Assembly: GCA_026016225.1 (NCBI GenBank)
Contig: CP061210.1
Span: 130,000 to 193,999, forward strand
Direction: 5' to 3'
Length of the DNA: 64,000 nt
Source of the DNA: Candidatus Nealsonbacteria bacterium
GTDB taxonomy: Bacteria; Patescibacteriota; Minisyncoccia; Minisyncoccales; JANBVM01
In this document: one piece after another, positions 63,889 to 64,000 of the stretch
Layout of the letters: the number at the start of each line of letters is the position of its first letter
Position numbering within the stretch: position 1 is the stretch's first letter
Translations under genes and position numbers: made by a program
The notes under the pieces: model-generated
Seen by the model: only the letters and a program-made list of their open reading frames with translations
Database searches by the model: none
What the model was told of the DNA's origin: nothing

Positions 63889-64000
63889 CAAAAAATGTAA
63901 AATTCAAATTGCAAAATGCAGAACGAAAATTTAAAATTCAAAATTTCTAAGAAATTTTATTATTTAAATGAAAGAGAAAAGGATGCCAAAATCATTACGG

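Noticed and set aside
1-64000. An alternative genetic code with UGA reassigned, as in some candidate phyla.
   Set aside because: Several well-conserved genes (rpsO, tsaE, jag and the transposase remnant) terminate at TGA with normal protein lengths. All long ORFs are intact under the standard code.
63968-64000. A possible gene start (ATGAAAGAGAAAAGG...) after rtcB, perhaps an RtcB partner such as archease.
   Set aside because: Only 11 codons are visible before the window ends, which is too little sequence to support any call.

Overview
The window is visibly AT-rich, gene-dense and uses the standard code; several genes end at TGA with normal lengths. The gene content and style suggest a small-genome, CPR/Patescibacteria-like bacterium, but that assignment is inference only. 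It holds the chromosomal origin neighbourhood: rpmH-rnpA-yidC-jag on the minus strand facing dnaA-dnaN, with one perfect DnaA box. Housekeeping genes include nusA, clpP, rny, rpsO, pnp, rsmA, tyrS, ruvC, yebC, tsaE, nth, holA, rpsT, murE, rtcB, a class A PBP and three tRNAs. Four regions are not ordinary. (1) Bases 1-13952 form a lipid/CoA island. It has a FakA-like/DegV fusion, an archaeal-style thiolase next to a DUF35-DUF362 fusion, a DUF359 (archaeal dephospho-CoA kinase family) gene and BioY. It also has FabG, a FabZ-FabK fusion, a second FabK, PlsC, a full biotin carboxylase set with BirA, and two tandem PlsY paralogs. No ACP, FabD, KAS or PlsX is visible. (2) Bases 23.5-30.0 kb form a mosaic segment. 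Two different small genes sit in mirror-image copies of the same promoter/RBS and terminator modules. A 103-bp direct duplication of the comM 5' end brackets a 3.5-kb insert that carries a VirD4/TraD-like coupling ATPase. A transposase remnant lies next to it. (3) Bases 30-44 kb hold a Gram-positive-style type IV secretion-like locus. It includes a LysM/M23 hydrolase, a VirB2-like pilin domain fused to a cysteine-rich domain, a VirB6-like polytopic protein, a PrgI-like protein, and a VirB4-like ATPase split in its P-loop by a 665-aa LAGLIDADG intein. A repeat-rich propeller protein follows. (4) Several small oddities remain: a GC-rich structured element closed by a 16-bp stem (54.05-54.17 kb), a tandem hairpin array extending tsaE, a mutM remnant, and a decayed rtcB 5' remnant plus an HNH gene upstream of an intact rtcB. 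All product calls rest on motifs read by eye; no database search was possible.
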